From: Octopus sinensis
Taxonomy: Eukaryota
Assembly (NCBI RefSeq): GCF_006345805.1
Contig: NC_043018.1
Coordinates: 1,426,001 to 1,490,000 of the forward strand
Reading direction: 5' to 3'
DNA length: 64,000 nt
Shown here: piece by piece, positions 13,844-26,862 of the stretch
Layout of the letters: every line of letters begins with the position of its first letter
Position numbering within the stretch: position 1 is the first letter of the stretch
Notes under the pieces: model-generated
What the model saw: only the letters and a program-made list of their open reading frames with translations
Database searches by the model: none
What the model was told of the DNA's origin: nothing
Position numbers and translations under genes: made by a program

Positions 13844-14005
13844 CATATATACGACCCAATGCTTTCAGTTTCCGCCTACCAAATCCACACACTAGGCTTT
13901 GGTCTGCCCGAGGTAGATAGAAAATACATGCCCAAGATGCCACGCAATGGGGCTGAACCTGGAACGATGTGGTTGGGAAGTGAACTTCTTACCACCCAGC
14001 TACGA
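13549..14005 (-). mobile_element. SINE family A, diverged copy
   Basis: Contains TTGCCGAACCG, CTTTCAGTTTCCG.CTACCAAATCCAC and CCCAAGATGCCACGCA.TGGG.CTGAACC.GGAAC segments. Confidence 0.85.
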
Positions 14006-14612
14006 CTGATGATGGTATAGAACCATGTGATTTCACTGGTCAACCAGACTTTCCTTTCATAAAACAATGCAATTTACAATTCCGTACTGGGCAGATGCCT
14101 AGATTTATGAGCTTAAGAATATATGATAATTTAAATGTTTAGGTCCACTAGCTACCGAAGCTGCAACTATATGTTTTCTCATGACATTTTCTCTCATATC
14201 TTACGTAGGTTTATAACGTATACACGAGGATCAACCAAAATAATGCATTCTTAAACCAGTTCTGATTATGTGAAGACGTATAATAAATATACCGACGAAA
14301 GATTATATAATGCAGCCTCAGTATTTTCAACAGAATATTCGTGAGGGTAATTTTAAGAATACTCTCAAAATTACAGAAACAAATCTGCTTTTTTATATAA
14401 TATGCGATCTTTTTAATGACGTCCATATTCCGAAGTAGGGTAGGTATGTGATTGCCTTAAATACATAAATATCCTGTATAGGTTTCTATACTTCTATGAA
14501 AGTAAGCGTTGAATTGTCGGTCTATGCCGTGCACATAACACGCTCACTCTCGTTTTCCCTCGCTCTCTCCGTATATATATATATATATATATATGATGGC
14601 ATGTATGTATAT

Positions 14613-14935
14613 CTTTTGCCTTTTCTTTCTTTCAGTCATTAGAGAGCGACCATCCTGGAGTACCAGCTTGACGATCGTTTGGCTTGAAATCAAATGAATC
14701 GAAACCTGTACTTTTATACGGGGCGTCCATATTCAATGATTTTATTTTGTCGAACTGCAAAGGTACGGTGATATAAACATACCGAAACCGGCTGTCAAGC
14801 GCAATTGCCATCTTTCAGGATCCGTCTGGTGGCCCAGAGATTATAGTGGAATATACTTACCCAATGTGCCACACACTAGGTATGGACCTGAAACTGTCGT
14901 TGGGAAGAATGCTTCTTACCACGCAGTTACGCTCG
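14613..14935 (-). mobile_element. SINE family A, strongly diverged copy
   Basis: Contains TTCAGTCATT..GCGACCATCCTGGAG.ACC, TTTTGTCGAACTGC.AAG.TACGG and CCCAATGTGCCAC..CTTCTTACCACGCAG. Confidence 0.7.
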
Positions 14936-14945
14936 ACCTATATAT

Positions 14946-14978
<33 letters not shown>

Positions 14979-14991
14979 CACACACACAAAT

Positions 14992-15052
<61 letters not shown>

Positions 15053-15235
15053 GTACTGTACTGTGATAGAAAATCCAACAAAAAAGTACTCAATGTAGTG
15101 AGCGATAAACATTATTTAAAAGGCACAATAACAAATCAAACACGAAAAGAGCTCTCTTTATATATGTATGTATATGTATATCTATATATATATGTGTGTG
15201 TGTATGTGTGTGTGTGTATCTATATACATATATAT

Positions 15236-15270
<35 letters not shown>

Positions 15271-15302
15271 CACAGACAGACACACAGACAGAGTGAGAGA
15301 TG

Positions 15303-15495
15303 GCATACCGTCGCTCATGACGACGTGGGTTTCAGTTGATCCGATCAACGGAAGAGCCTGCTCGTGAACTTAACGTGCAAGTGGCCGAGCACTCCACAGG
15401 CACGTGTACCCTTAACGTAGTTCTCAGGGATATTCAGCGTGACACAGAGAGTGACAAGGCTGGCCCTTTGAATTACAGATACAACATCAACAGGA
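15303..15495 (-). mobile_element. SINE family C, 3' part
   Basis: Reverse complement of 23995-24170 (..AAAGGGCC.GCCTTGTCAC.CT.TGTGTCACGCTGAAT.TCCCTGAGAACTACG..). Confidence 0.85.
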
Positions 15496-15591
15496 AGTAA
15501 GAGAAAATTTTGGTGAAAGAGTATAGCATGTTTAGCTACCATCCTCTTTCGGAGCCTCGTAGAGCTTTGGGCCCTTTTCGCTCAATAAACA

Positions 15592-15655
15592 CTCACAACG
15601 CCCGGTCTGTGAATCGAAACCGCGATCCTATGACCGCGAGTCTGCTGCCCTAACA
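15592..15655 (-). mobile_element. SINE family D head fragment
   Basis: Matches CGAA.CCGCGATCC..GACCGCGAGTC.GCTGC.CTAAC of 23440-23504. Confidence 0.7.
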
Positions 15656-16190
15656 AGACAGAGACAGACACAAAGGACGGCGACAGAAGAAAAAGAATCT
15701 TCAGCGACTTTAGATATACCCGGAGAGAGATTTTGTCTTCACATCCAGATTTTCCGAAATACATCGGGAATTCAGGATAAATGATCGGACACACCATAAC
15801 CCTTTCCACTGTTGGTTTATATAAGTTTTTGACACTTATAAGACACTGATTATATAACTCATGCAGTAAATTATCTCCACTTGATTTCCTAAATGCGCGT
15901 GCTCATTCAAACGTCAGTTGCATCAAACGCAATACTAAACCGTTTTCCCGCTTTTATCAGCTTCATAAATGGCGGAATATATTAATAATTTCGTCATGAA
16001 AACCCGAGTAGCTATATTTCCCAATGCTTTTTGTGCTTGCCAAAATAATGCACACACACACAGGCATAGATATATTGTATACGCAAATTATATACATACA
16101 TGCATTATATATATATATTATATATATATATATATATAATACACCATATATATAACATATATATATGTATGCACGTTTATATATAAGTAT

Positions 16191-16224
<34 letters not shown>

Positions 16225-16393
16225 GTATATATATAATATATATATATTGTGTATGTATATAATATATATATAATATATACATATATATATATGTGTATGT
16301 ACGTCTATATGTATGTATATATATATGTATATATATATATATGTAATATATATATGTATATATATAGTATATATATATATATGTATATATATG

Positions 16394-16426
<33 letters not shown>

Positions 16427-17519
16427 CAAAAGGGATATCGATTAAATGTGAGGGGAAGGGATGAAGTAAATGAGCACATAGTTTGCGCAAATATTGCGTC
16501 CATGAAAATATCTCATTTCTTGATTATATCTCGTAAGTTAATGGTTAAGTGGATATTAGATTATGAAACCTCCCTTACGTTTATAGTAAGATTGTTTATA
16601 AACACTTTTCTTCTGTAACGCTAGTGATGAGCGTATATATTACATATTATTACGGATATTTGTGAACATTAACAACGTAGGTTGCGCATTTACAATAGAG
16701 ATATAAGCAACTTGCTTTATGTTTTCCTTTATCTTGCTGTTTCTGGAAAAATGAGTAATAATCATTTTCTTCCCCAGTCTTTATACATCAGTGTCATTAT
16801 TTCTGTCTGTGATTAGTCGTTAATCAACGCCTTCAGGAACAATAATGTCAAGGACGGTAATTCATGAAGCAGATCTACCTTGTGTGAAAATGATTTGTAT
16901 GGCCTGATAAATGGATGTAAGACGTGTGGCATATCAAAAATTGTTAAAGTTCTAAGTTATTTCTTCACATATCATAGTCAATAATATTTTGCTTTTGATC
17001 GTCGCAAAGATGGAGTCATCAAAATATTCTTTGTCAGCCAAATCTTAAATGCTATATTTTCGATTTAAATTTTATTTCACCAGAAGAAATCATTTTTTCT
17101 TTCATGATATAATTGACTTTTTGTCAATAAGAAACGCGTCTGTAACGGCTCTAGAAAATCTGAATCCATTTCTCTTCTTATATATTTCACACCATACATT
17201 GGATCTGGAATTAAATATGGACCCTAAACCTACATGCTAGAGTGTGTCATTTTACATATATCTCATGAAGCAAAATATGCTCATAAAGCAACATATGCCG
17301 AATATGCAACTTTGTTAATTCTATTATAGCTTTGAAGAAATAACTGTTAAAATCAAACTGCAATCTTCAAACCTTGCTCAAGGTAAAATTACTAACTGAT
17401 TTCATAGCAAGTTTATGCAGGCAGTCTATCCCGTTCCCATTCGACTTTTGGTTCATTTAATTGAAAACAAAACCCGCATTATTTATAGCATGATCCAATA
17501 CATATACATATATATATAT

Positions 17520-17930
17520 ATATGACTGGTCATGTCGGTCTGGGCTCCTGCTACGTTCATTGGGACTAACTCCATTTCACCCTGTTATGTCTCTGTATCC
17601 ATTCGCTAACTTTTTCCAGTAATAACAGCACTGTTGCCTCCGGAATCGAGTGGTTTCAATGACAATGGCACGAAACCACGAATATATTATCGTTCATTGA
17701 CTGGCAAGGAAAACTCATTTACGAATAGTCTGGGTATGGCGTCTTTTTCTATATTCCCCGAACGTACATTTATATGCACATAAATATCTTGCGAGTCTTT
17801 CAGAAATTCTGTTATCATTGGTTCAAAGAATACAGATGGATCCCTCGGAAGAGAGATGGCATCTCCTGGAAATGATATTATATATGAATTTGCCTGCCTT
17901 ACTATGTACCAAGTGATGTTATACTTAATT
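17520..17930 (-). pseudogene. Decayed coding segment, FN3-like beta-sandwich character
   Basis: An ~80-aa open frame IKYNITWYIVRQANSYIISFPGDAISLPRDPSVFFEPMITEFLKDSQDIYVHINVRSGNIEK... is followed by TAA (17687-17689), 26 more in-frame codons, then a shift at an A5 run into ..LANGYRDITGEMELVPMNVAGAQT. Confidence 0.3.
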
Positions 17931-18156
17931 TAAGGTCCCTTCATTCGCCCTATAAAATCGGCCAAAGATGTTGAATGTCTCACTGATTCTCTTGACGCTA
18001 GTGAGATGGTGGCGATTACTAATCTTGAATGAATCAGCCGTTTGGCCAAGGTAGACATACTGCCTTCTCATTGTGTGCACGGTGCATATATATATATATG
18101 TATACAATATTTTGGGTGTGTGTGTATACAGAAAGAGAGTGAGAGAGGATAGACTA

Positions 18157-18232
<76 letters not shown>

Positions 18233-18263
18233 GATAGAGAGATTAGATATAGATATATCGAAA

Positions 18264-19375
18264 GTTTCTTTATTGGCCACACAGGGCTGCACACAGATGG
18301 GACAAGTTAAAAGGTAGAGCTTTTCTTTTGGGGGAGAAAAAAAAGTGTGGCGTAGGTTTTCGATCAAAAGGGATCGTAAAAGGGAAAAAAGAACAAAAAA
18401 ATAGAAGAAAAAAGAAAAAAAGAAAAAAAGAAGAAAAAAAAGAGAAGAACAAAAGAAAGAAAAAAGGGAAAAAAGAAGAAAAAAGATAAAAAAAGGGGGA
18501 GAGGAAGAAAATGATCAATAGGGATCGTGTATCACAGTGTCATGATGTATGGTGTAAAGGGGAAAGCAAGTAAGGTTTATCCGTGGGAAGAAAAGCCTAC
18601 GAAAAAGACCCCGGTAACCTTGGTCAATATTGTTATATGTTACCACATTTGTTTTCAATTTCTGGGTTCATAGGATTATGCTCAAGGTGGCTTCGTCATT
18701 CATACGTGCCATCCTTGCTACATTCACCCATCTTTTTTAAAACGTTCGCTAGACAAAACTTGCCTCTCTACTCTCACTTTCCTTTTCAAGTGGTACTTGA
18801 AGAAGTTGATGAGATGTTGACCAGAGAGGAAAGTGTTTGTCTTCAATCCTTTCAGATGCGTCCACCAGATACATTCCTTCGCCATAGCCACAAGGATGAT
18901 GAAAATAACTCTTCCTTCCCGTTTGAAGGAAGGAGGCGTGACAATATTGACTATAGACTCAGCTGATAAACCGACTCGTCCCACACGTGACAGCAGTTGT
19001 TCGACATAAGCCCATAGGTGGGAAATTGTTGGACACTGCACGATTGCGTGCAGAACGGTTTCGTCGCTGTGACCGCATCTCGGGCAGGTCGGCCCCGTGT
19101 TTCTCGAGCCGTGTCTGTAGAGCTTATCCCGAACGGGTAGCGCTTCTCGGTAGCACTGCCAGGCCAGGGATCTCTGGAAGTTGTCCATGGGCCCAGGCCC
19201 GAAAGTCGTCCCGAACAGGCGAGTCAGGTATTCCTCGTCGACGTCCAGGTTCGCCCCGAGCTCGTCGTCGTACCTCCCCTCCACTAATCCCCTATAGAAT
19301 GCTTTGGTTGTGATGGAGTCACTCAAGTTTGACCCAGGACGGCAGAGTTGCTTGAGAGCAACGCGACACTCGCTT
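18264..19375 (-). mobile_element. 5'-truncated L1/Tx1-clade LINE (ORF2 C-terminus with zf-RVT/CCHC, plus 3'UTR) inserted in (TATC)n
   Basis: Translation ..RSLAWQCYREALPVRDKLYRHG...CPRCGHSDETVLHAIVQCP..HLWAYVEQLL... Adding one A at the T6 run near 18731 restores FKKRWVNVARMARMNDEATLSIIL* (stop ~18668). The ~400-nt 3'UTR ends AATAAAGAAAC. (GATA)n lies on both flanks. Confidence 0.93.
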
Positions 19376-19397
19376 ATAGATAGATAGATAGATAGAT

Positions 19398-19462
<65 letters not shown>

Positions 19463-20009
19463 AAAGATAGGTAGATAAGTATGCTCTTCGTCGAGCCTTT
19501 AAGTTCTGAGTTCATATCTTGCCTTTCAAGCATCCGTTATCAATAAAACATATTACCTAACAAGTAATCCGGTTAAACTATTCGGTCAATGCTTTCATAG
19601 GGATCGTCGAACTGGTACCGCTTCTAGATATCAATATTTCATATCTATATCATATAATTATGTCATATTTTACGATATATATGTTATTTTATACGCCAAT
19701 TTAGTTGCTGTTTCCTATTATACTATGTAGGATTACACACAACTGAACAGAAAATTTTGACTGACAATTTCTTATACTTCATCTAATTTTACTCATATGT
19801 TTTATATCTTCTGTTTTATATAATAACAATTTCCTGTCAAAAAAATTATGGTATACATATTTTTATGGAACATTCTTGGCATTCTCACCAAAATTATATC
19901 TCTTGTCCCATATTTCCCTTCCACAATACCACCATTGAATATGTTTGTACAGTATATACCTAGGAAACATATTTGCGATTTATAAGGTATATTTTAAGAT
20001 ATAAATTAA

Positions 20010-20213
20010 TATTGGTTTCAAATTTTGGCTCAAGCCCAGAAAATTCCGAAGATGTCATACGTCGATTATATCGATCGCTGCTACTTATTTCATCGACCCC
20101 GAAAGAATGAAAGGCAAAATCGACCTAAGTGGCATTTGAACCCAGAACGTAAAGACGGACGAATTGCCGAAAAACATTTTGCCTTTCAGACTAACGATTC
20201 TACCAGCTCGCCT
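20010..20213 (-). mobile_element. SINE family B
   Basis: Contains the ATCGACCCCGAAAGAATGAAAGGCAAAATCGACC core and the CCAGCTCGCC head. Confidence 0.85.
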
Positions 20214-20239
20214 CCATAGAACTTACCTTGATATTAAGT

Positions 20240-20435
20240 CGGCGAAGGAGACGTCCTGTCAGATTCGTTAACACGCCGGGCAAAAAGCTTCGCGCCATTT
20301 TGTCTGTCGTTGCGTTCTGTATTCAAATTCCGCCGGGGACGACTTTGGCTTTCATCCCTTCGATAAAAGCAGTTGAACACAGGGTTTAATGTAATCGAAT
20401 TGTTCTCTCCCGAAACGTTCCAGGCCTTGTACATA
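20240..20435 (+). mobile_element. SINE family B, head-to-head with the preceding copy
   Basis: GGCGAA..CAGATTCGTTAACACGCCGGGCAAAA..TTCAAATTCCGCCGGGGACGACTTTGGCTTTCATCC. A further head fragment lies at 20445-20525. Confidence 0.8.
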
Positions 20436-20904
20436 TTGTAGAATGGTTAACACGCCGGTCCATAAGCTTAGCATCATTTCGTCCACCGAGGCCGAATTTA
20501 CCTTTCAGTTTTTGAGGGTCGACTGGAGATGATGAGACCAAAACGATTTCTGTGTTCGCTCAAAAGCTGCTAGATCTTTACCAATGTTTGAAACCATTTT
20601 TATTAATCTGGAGTTAAACAACAGCAATAATATCAATACAAATATCGACAATAATAATAGCAACAACTGCATAAACCAACAAAAGGAGTCTTATGTGGCA
20701 GCTCGATTGCTTAAAATAACAGCCTATTCTCTCTCAAATCACATGCAGAGAGAAACATATTTTCTGTAATATAGCTCAAAAGCGTAGGTTAACAGAGTTA
20801 AGCTGTGGTATAATTTAAATTATCTCGATTTGTGAAAAGATGGATTGGTTTAACTGAACCGAATGAGTATCGAATGCTTTCCACAGGAAATGGGACCTTT
20901 TCAG

Positions 20905-21118
20905 GAAACTACTCACTGAAGTTGGTAAGGGTGCTGTACTCATCACTGTTAAGATTGTGGTTTCGATTCCTAGACCGGGTGATACTTTGTGTCCTTGAAT
21001 AAAATGTTTCATTTCATGTTGCTCCAGTCAGGCTGAGGAAAAGGACTAACCCTGCGATGGGCCAGCGTCACGCCCGGGTAAGGAATATATACATCATGGA
21101 AACTGGGAGACCGCAAAG
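20905..21118 (+). mobile_element. SINE family D-related, diverged
   Basis: tRNA-like head (GGTTTCGATTCC), GTGTCCTTGAATAAAA..TTGCTCCAGTC, then CCCTGCGATGGGCCAGCGTC..GGAAACTGGGAGACCG, matching the reverse complement of 23220-23300. Confidence 0.7.
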
Positions 21119-21569
21119 AAACTTTACTCTACTTTTTTTACACATTAACGCTATGGGAAAAAATTTAAAAATTAAAACCTTAGCCCCACAAGCTCCCTAT
21201 ATTTATATTTACGACTCTACTTTTTATCTACTCAAAGAATTTAGGTATGCAATAGAGAACGGATCACCCAGCTGGTGCATCTTCATTTTAGCTGCAATTA
21301 GCCTACTAATTTATCTCCATTTTGTCAAATTACAAAATAATTAATTTACTCTTTAATTTGCTTAAATCGCTAATTTGCGAAACAGAAAAGTTTAATCTTG
21401 TTAATGGCGCCAAAATTAGGCTGACTGAGCTAAGACATTCTCGATCACAGAAGATATACTCCACCCCCCGCCCAAAAAAAAATTCAACATACTCAAACAA
21501 TAAAATATGTACAGTATTGTACGTATGTAATAATGTGCTTTTACACATAATTATGCATGTATATATATA

Positions 21570-21629
<60 letters not shown>

Positions 21630-21670
21630 ATTTATTTATATATATAATATATATATCTATATATATATAC

Positions 21671-21717
<47 letters not shown>

Positions 21718-21838
21718 ATATACATATATATATACGTATGCACAGATATGCTATACATATACTTATATATATATACATATATTATATATATATATATATA
21801 TACATATAATATATTTTATATATATATACATATAATTA

Positions 21839-21895
<57 letters not shown>

Positions 21896-22132
21896 GTGTG
21901 AGTGTGTGAGTGTGTACACACTACATACATGAATGCATACATGCATATATACATATATAAATTTATAAATATACGTGTGTCGGTTATAGATAAAATATTA
22001 TGGTTGTGTTTTGATTGTATACAAGTCATAGACAATAACAAATTAGTGTGCTTAATTTGATTGGTGGATCGCATATCTTTATTAGATGCATATACATATA
22101 GAAGTATGTATGTATAGACGTATATATATATG

Positions 22133-22163
<31 letters not shown>

Positions 22164-22227
22164 TATATATACTGTATATATATATATATTGTATGTATAT
22201 ATGTGTATATGAATAATAATAACACAC

Positions 22228-22258
<31 letters not shown>

Positions 22259-22283
22259 AATATAATAATAATAATAATAATAA

Positions 22284-22833
22284 GCCCTGATGCAGTACCA
22301 GGCAGTGGCTCTCATGGCTTCTGATCTTACTGATTGGAAGTGTTATCATGTACATTGTTTGGTCTTGGTATAAAAGATGGGCTACAGCAAATATTCTGCT
22401 CATACCACAGAATTGCTTGTCAGTTGTTTGACCTTACCAGTTGAGCATGTCCCTTAGGGGCTGACGATATGTGCATCTCTGATCACGAGCAGAAGTAGTG
22501 GGGGAGCATCATGGCCATGTGTTGAGGGGTATTCTTTGGGGTTTGAATAATTCACCTCTGGAAACATGGGTGGTTCTTTCAACATCCTTAAACAACCCTT
22601 ATTCAGGGACCTTTTGAGCGGGATGGGCTACTCAACCTGAAGAAAATTCTAACTGGACCCCACCTGGAAGGTCATGTGCTGTTTATCTTGATATGAGATC
22701 ACCATGCCGCGCATATATGGTTGTGATGCATGTGCCTGGTGTACCTTTATCAGACGGGTAGTCATGATGGGTATATTGGGCTTCGTATATTTTACCCCAG
22801 TGTCACTTTGATGGCATGAACTGCTCTCTCACT
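22284..22833 (+). mobile_element. Family E non-coding ~550-bp element inserted in (AAT)n
   Basis: Starts GCCCTGATGCAGTACCAGGCAGTGG and ends CTGCTCTCTCACT, with (AAT)n on both sides. Homologues at 5140 and 39011. Confidence 0.85.
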
Positions 22834-23185
22834 TAATAATAATAATAATAATAATAATGATGATGATGATGATAATAATAATTTGATCAAATATGTATAA
22901 GTCGATTAGTGATTTTAAATGTTGGGTAGAGCACCGTTACAATTTAATCGAACTGTTATCATCAGCAGTCGTAGTACACTTCTTTTGGATATCGACTCGG
23001 TATTACATCTTTATTAGGTACAACAACATACGTTTCGGCCTATCAGTCTGCGTCACATCAGGAACAACGATAAAAATATATATCGCAATAGATTTTTACT
23101 ATCGGCTGGCTTGTTGTTACACGTCCGTCAAGTTAGGGAGTGAATAACAGCAAATAGCATCACAAAGAATTAAAAGAGTAAAGAA

Positions 23186-23504
23186 CGTATACATGTATAG
23201 GCTGTTTGTTCCCTCTCGAGCCATGTTGGCTCACAAGGGCCGGTTTCCCAGTTTCCCGGCGTATAGGTTCCCCACGTGGAGGGGACGCCGGTCCGTCGCA
23301 GGTGAGCTGCAAGATGCAGGAGGAAAGAATGAGAGAAAGTTGTGGCGGAAGAGTCAGCAGAAGTTTCGCCATTACCTTCTGCCGGAGCCGCGTGGAGCTT
23401 AGGTGTTGCGCTCATAAACACGCACATCGTCCGCTCTGAGATTCGAACCCGCGATCCCTCGACCGCGAGTCCGCTGCTCTAACCACTAGGCCATGTGCCT
23501 CCAC
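23186..23504 (-). mobile_element. tRNA-derived SINE, family D (full length)
   Basis: Minus-strand head GGAGGCACATGGCCTAGTGGTTAGAGCAGCGGACTCGCGGTCGAGGGATCGCGGGTTCGAATC (A and B boxes) followed by a non-tRNA body. Confidence 0.88.
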
Positions 23505-23847
23505 ATACATCTGTATGCATATCTGTATGTACATGTATGAATATACTTGACTAAGAATTACTTTTCGTTGCTCCTTCTATATACTTTTCCTCCAGGCAGT
23601 TATGAGGGTGAGGAACGCAAGATTTCCACGTCCATATATGATGGTTTGTGCCTTTATGTAATACTATTTGCTTTTATTCATTCGCTAACTTGATGGACAT
23701 ATGACAAGCCAGTCGACGCTAAAAACCTGTAGTGACACATACCTTTATCGATGTACCTGATGAAACACAGACTGATGAATCGAAAACCAATAAATATTTA
23801 ATGCCGAATCCATATCCTGTTAATTAATATTTTGTAAATATGTATGT

Positions 23848-24190
23848 GTGAAGGCGCGTGGCTTAGTGGTTAGGGCATTCGGCTCACGATTGTAAGGTCG
23901 TGAGTTCAATTCCAAGCGACGCGTTGTGTCCTTGAGCAAGACACTTTATTTCATGTTGCTCCAGTCCACTCAGCTGGCAAAAATGAGTTGTACCTGTATT
24001 TCAAAGGGCCGGCCTTGTCACACTGTGTGTCACGCTGAATCTCCCTGAGAACTACGTTATGGGTACACGTGTCTGTGGAGTGCTCAGCCAGTTGCACGTT
24101 AATTTCACGAGCAGGCTGTTCTGTTGATCGTATCAGCTGGGACCCTCGTCGTCGTAACCGACGGAGTGCTCCTAAAAAAAAAAAAAAAGA
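23848..24190 (+). mobile_element. tRNA-derived SINE, family C, with A-tail
   Basis: GGCGCGTGGCTTAGTGGTTAGGGC...GAGTTCAATTCC head, CORE-like GTGTCCTTGAGCAAGACACTT..TTGCTCCAGTCCACTCAGCTG and a terminal A-run. Confidence 0.9.
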
Positions 24191-24203
24191 TGCATGTATA
24201 GAC

Positions 24204-24366
24204 ATAGGCGTGGCTGTGTGGTAAGAAGATTAATTCACAACCATACAGTTCTGCGTTCAGCCCTACTGCGTAACACCTTCTCCAGTTGTCTTCTACTATA
24301 GCCCTGTGATTGGATTTGGTACACGGAAACTGAAAGAATCCCGGCGTGTATATATATATATATATA

Positions 24367-24409
<43 letters not shown>

Positions 24410-24625
24410 TTATTTGTCTTTGTGTCTCACTTTGTCTCCCATCATCGCCTGACAACCTGTGATGTGGTGCTTAGGCTCCATAACTTAACGGTTCATGAAA
24501 AGAACTGATAATATATGTACTAGACTTGAAAGAAAATATACTGTGGATTCGACTAAAACCCAACAAGGCGGTGCTCCACCATGGCCGCAATCCAATGATT
24601 GAAACAAATAAAACAATAAAAGAAC
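24204..24625 (+). mobile_element. SINE family A, diverged
   Basis: GGCGTGGCTGTGTGGTAAG head and GGCGGTGCTCCACCATGGCCGCA.TC.AATGA.TGAAACAA tail. Confidence 0.85.
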
Positions 24626-24770
24626 GTATGTATGTACGTTCGTAAGAGAGTATGTATGTACATATGTATGTATATATGTATGTACGTATGTTTGCATGTA
24701 CGTACCTACGCATATATGTATGTATGTACATTCCCCGGTCTAATATTCGTATGTAAGTATGTATGCACAT

Positions 24771-24847
24771 CCCCCGGTCTAATATTCGAACCCGCGATCC
24801 CGCGACCGCGAGTCCGCTGCTCTAACCACTAGGCCATGTGCCTCCAC
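24771..24847 (-). mobile_element. SINE family D head
   Basis: Nearly identical to 23440-23504. Confidence 0.85.
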
Positions 24848-25507
24848 TTTTTTACCAATAATCACTGCTAAATTACCCTATGATTTACATTTACTTTTCC
24901 TGAATTTATCACTATCAAAAGTGAATTATGAACACGAAACCTATGTCGAGTTTCAGTAAGGTGATCAACATCCCCCTAACACCGTTTCGGTAGGCAGGTC
25001 CATGTGTCCCCGGTTATTGTCATTTCTATATTCTTATAGTGTTGAGGCTCGACAGGCTATGATATTATTTTATCTAGCAAAGTATCAGTATTTGAAATAC
25101 TACTTAAAAACCACGTAAAAGCCACGTAAAAACTTGGATTATAATGCAAATGAAATCATGAATTAAATACTTATAAAATCCTAATGTTGTACATAACTTT
25201 AATATATGTATGGAGGTATAGATAAATAAACAGCTCGATAGATACACAGATATCTCACGGCTCTCTTTCTCTCTCCCTGTGTGTATATTTATATATATAT
25301 ATATATGTGTGCGTGTGTGTGTGTATACACGCATTATGTAAAGATATAAATGTATTTACATAGATACTGATTGATAATATAGATGTTAGATGTTTTTCTA
25401 TGTATATCTATCTAGATATCTTTTCATTTATCAAACTACTTATCTATCTATGAATATATCAATCTGTCTTCCTTTCTTTCAAATCATTCCCTACTACACA
25501 CACACAC

Positions 25508-25556
<49 letters not shown>

Positions 25557-25561
25557 GTATT

Positions 25562-25593
<32 letters not shown>

Positions 25594-26555
25594 TGTATTT
25601 ATTATATATATATATATATATATATATATTTACATATAAGCTGGCTGTCAGATACGTATTCACACACACATAAGTGTCTATGTGTGTATGTATGTGTGCA
25701 TACACATACTCACACAAACACACTCCCATACACACACACAGAGACATTTAGAGATAAAATTGTATCTAGAAAAATACAATTTAACGTGATCTTTACAAAG
25801 TGAATATATTTTACATGGCAAATCCAATTAATTTTCTCATCGAAATAGAATTTTCTAATAGAATATTCTAATGGATTAACGAATGTTCTTGATGTTATTT
25901 TTTTCATTTGGCTTCGAAAATCCATACCAGAAGCCACCGCATGTAGATTATACATTGAAATATATGCACATTATGTGCAGGCGCATATATATATATATAT
26001 ATATATATAAATATATATATATATACTTAAATATAATCATACATAAAATCGGGCTGCCATAACAGATTTGAATGTGCATGCCTTTGTGTGCTATACACCT
26101 GCCTATGTGTTTTGCATCTCTTTGTGAATTTGTGTATGTATAATTTGATTTAGTGATGTATATGGAAAGAAATAAAATGGTTAATATATAGGAACCCGGG
26201 CAAACGATCATTTCATATTTAGCCAGTATTGCTGAAAATCTACACAAACCCTCATTTTTCTCAAGATAATATTTGTAGGAAGCACTGAATATCGGCAACT
26301 GCGGTTGCCGTTTTAAATTTTAAAACACTACAGCTGGAGATAATCGGTGCTAATCAGTACTACATTTAAAGCAAGTTTTGTGATGCAACTCTGTTTTACT
26401 TAGACGATAAAATTTCCCAAATCTTATTAAATAATCCGGCAGCCGAAACATAAAATCGAAGCTTAAGATTTTATACTGTATAATTATAGTTTCTGAGAGA
26501 GGAATTTAGGATATATTTGTAAGTTTAATAGGCCAATTCTAATCCAGTCAAAATC

Positions 26556-26790
26556 AATATTATTTAAATAAAAAGTTCTTCTTGTATTCCCGCCAAGCAC
26601 CCAAGTATAAATATTTCATGAATCCGATTTCTCCATCGATGACTGTTTCATTGTGGGACTGAAATCTTTGGTATACCTGCACTAAATAGTCCTTATTTAG
26701 TTCGAACCTCATCTGGACAAAGGTGGTCTTCGGGGAAACTGTGTTATTTTTACGATATCGGTTAGTCTTCCTATCATCGACGTTTCAAAC
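26556..26790 (-). other. Stop-free ~75-codon frame in non-repetitive DNA (possible exon)
   Basis: NVDDRKTNRYRKNNTVSPKTTFVQMRFELNKDYLVQVYQRFQSHNETVIDGEIGFMKYLYLGAWREYKKNFLFK*. No family recognised. Confidence 0.25.
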
Positions 26791-26862
26791 TTAGAAATTC
26801 ATGTCATTCGAATTTGGTGATTTCGAAACATGGTAAAGAGTTACACTGAAATATATTTTTTA

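Noticed and set aside
19376-19533. N-terminal part of the 269-aa ORF 18724-19533
   Set aside because: It reads through (TATC)n. Real LINE coding sequence starts at ~19375, and the true stop is probably ~18668 after a frameshift.
23430-23504. Apparent tRNA gene (also 24771-24847)
   Set aside because: The acceptor and anticodon stems do not pair properly and the sequence continues into a SINE body, so it is a tRNA-derived SINE head.
23020-23790. Additional hammerhead-like CTGATG..GAAA strings (23030-23060 -, 23755-23790 +, 49245-49275 -)
   Set aside because: Stems or core are too degenerate to call.
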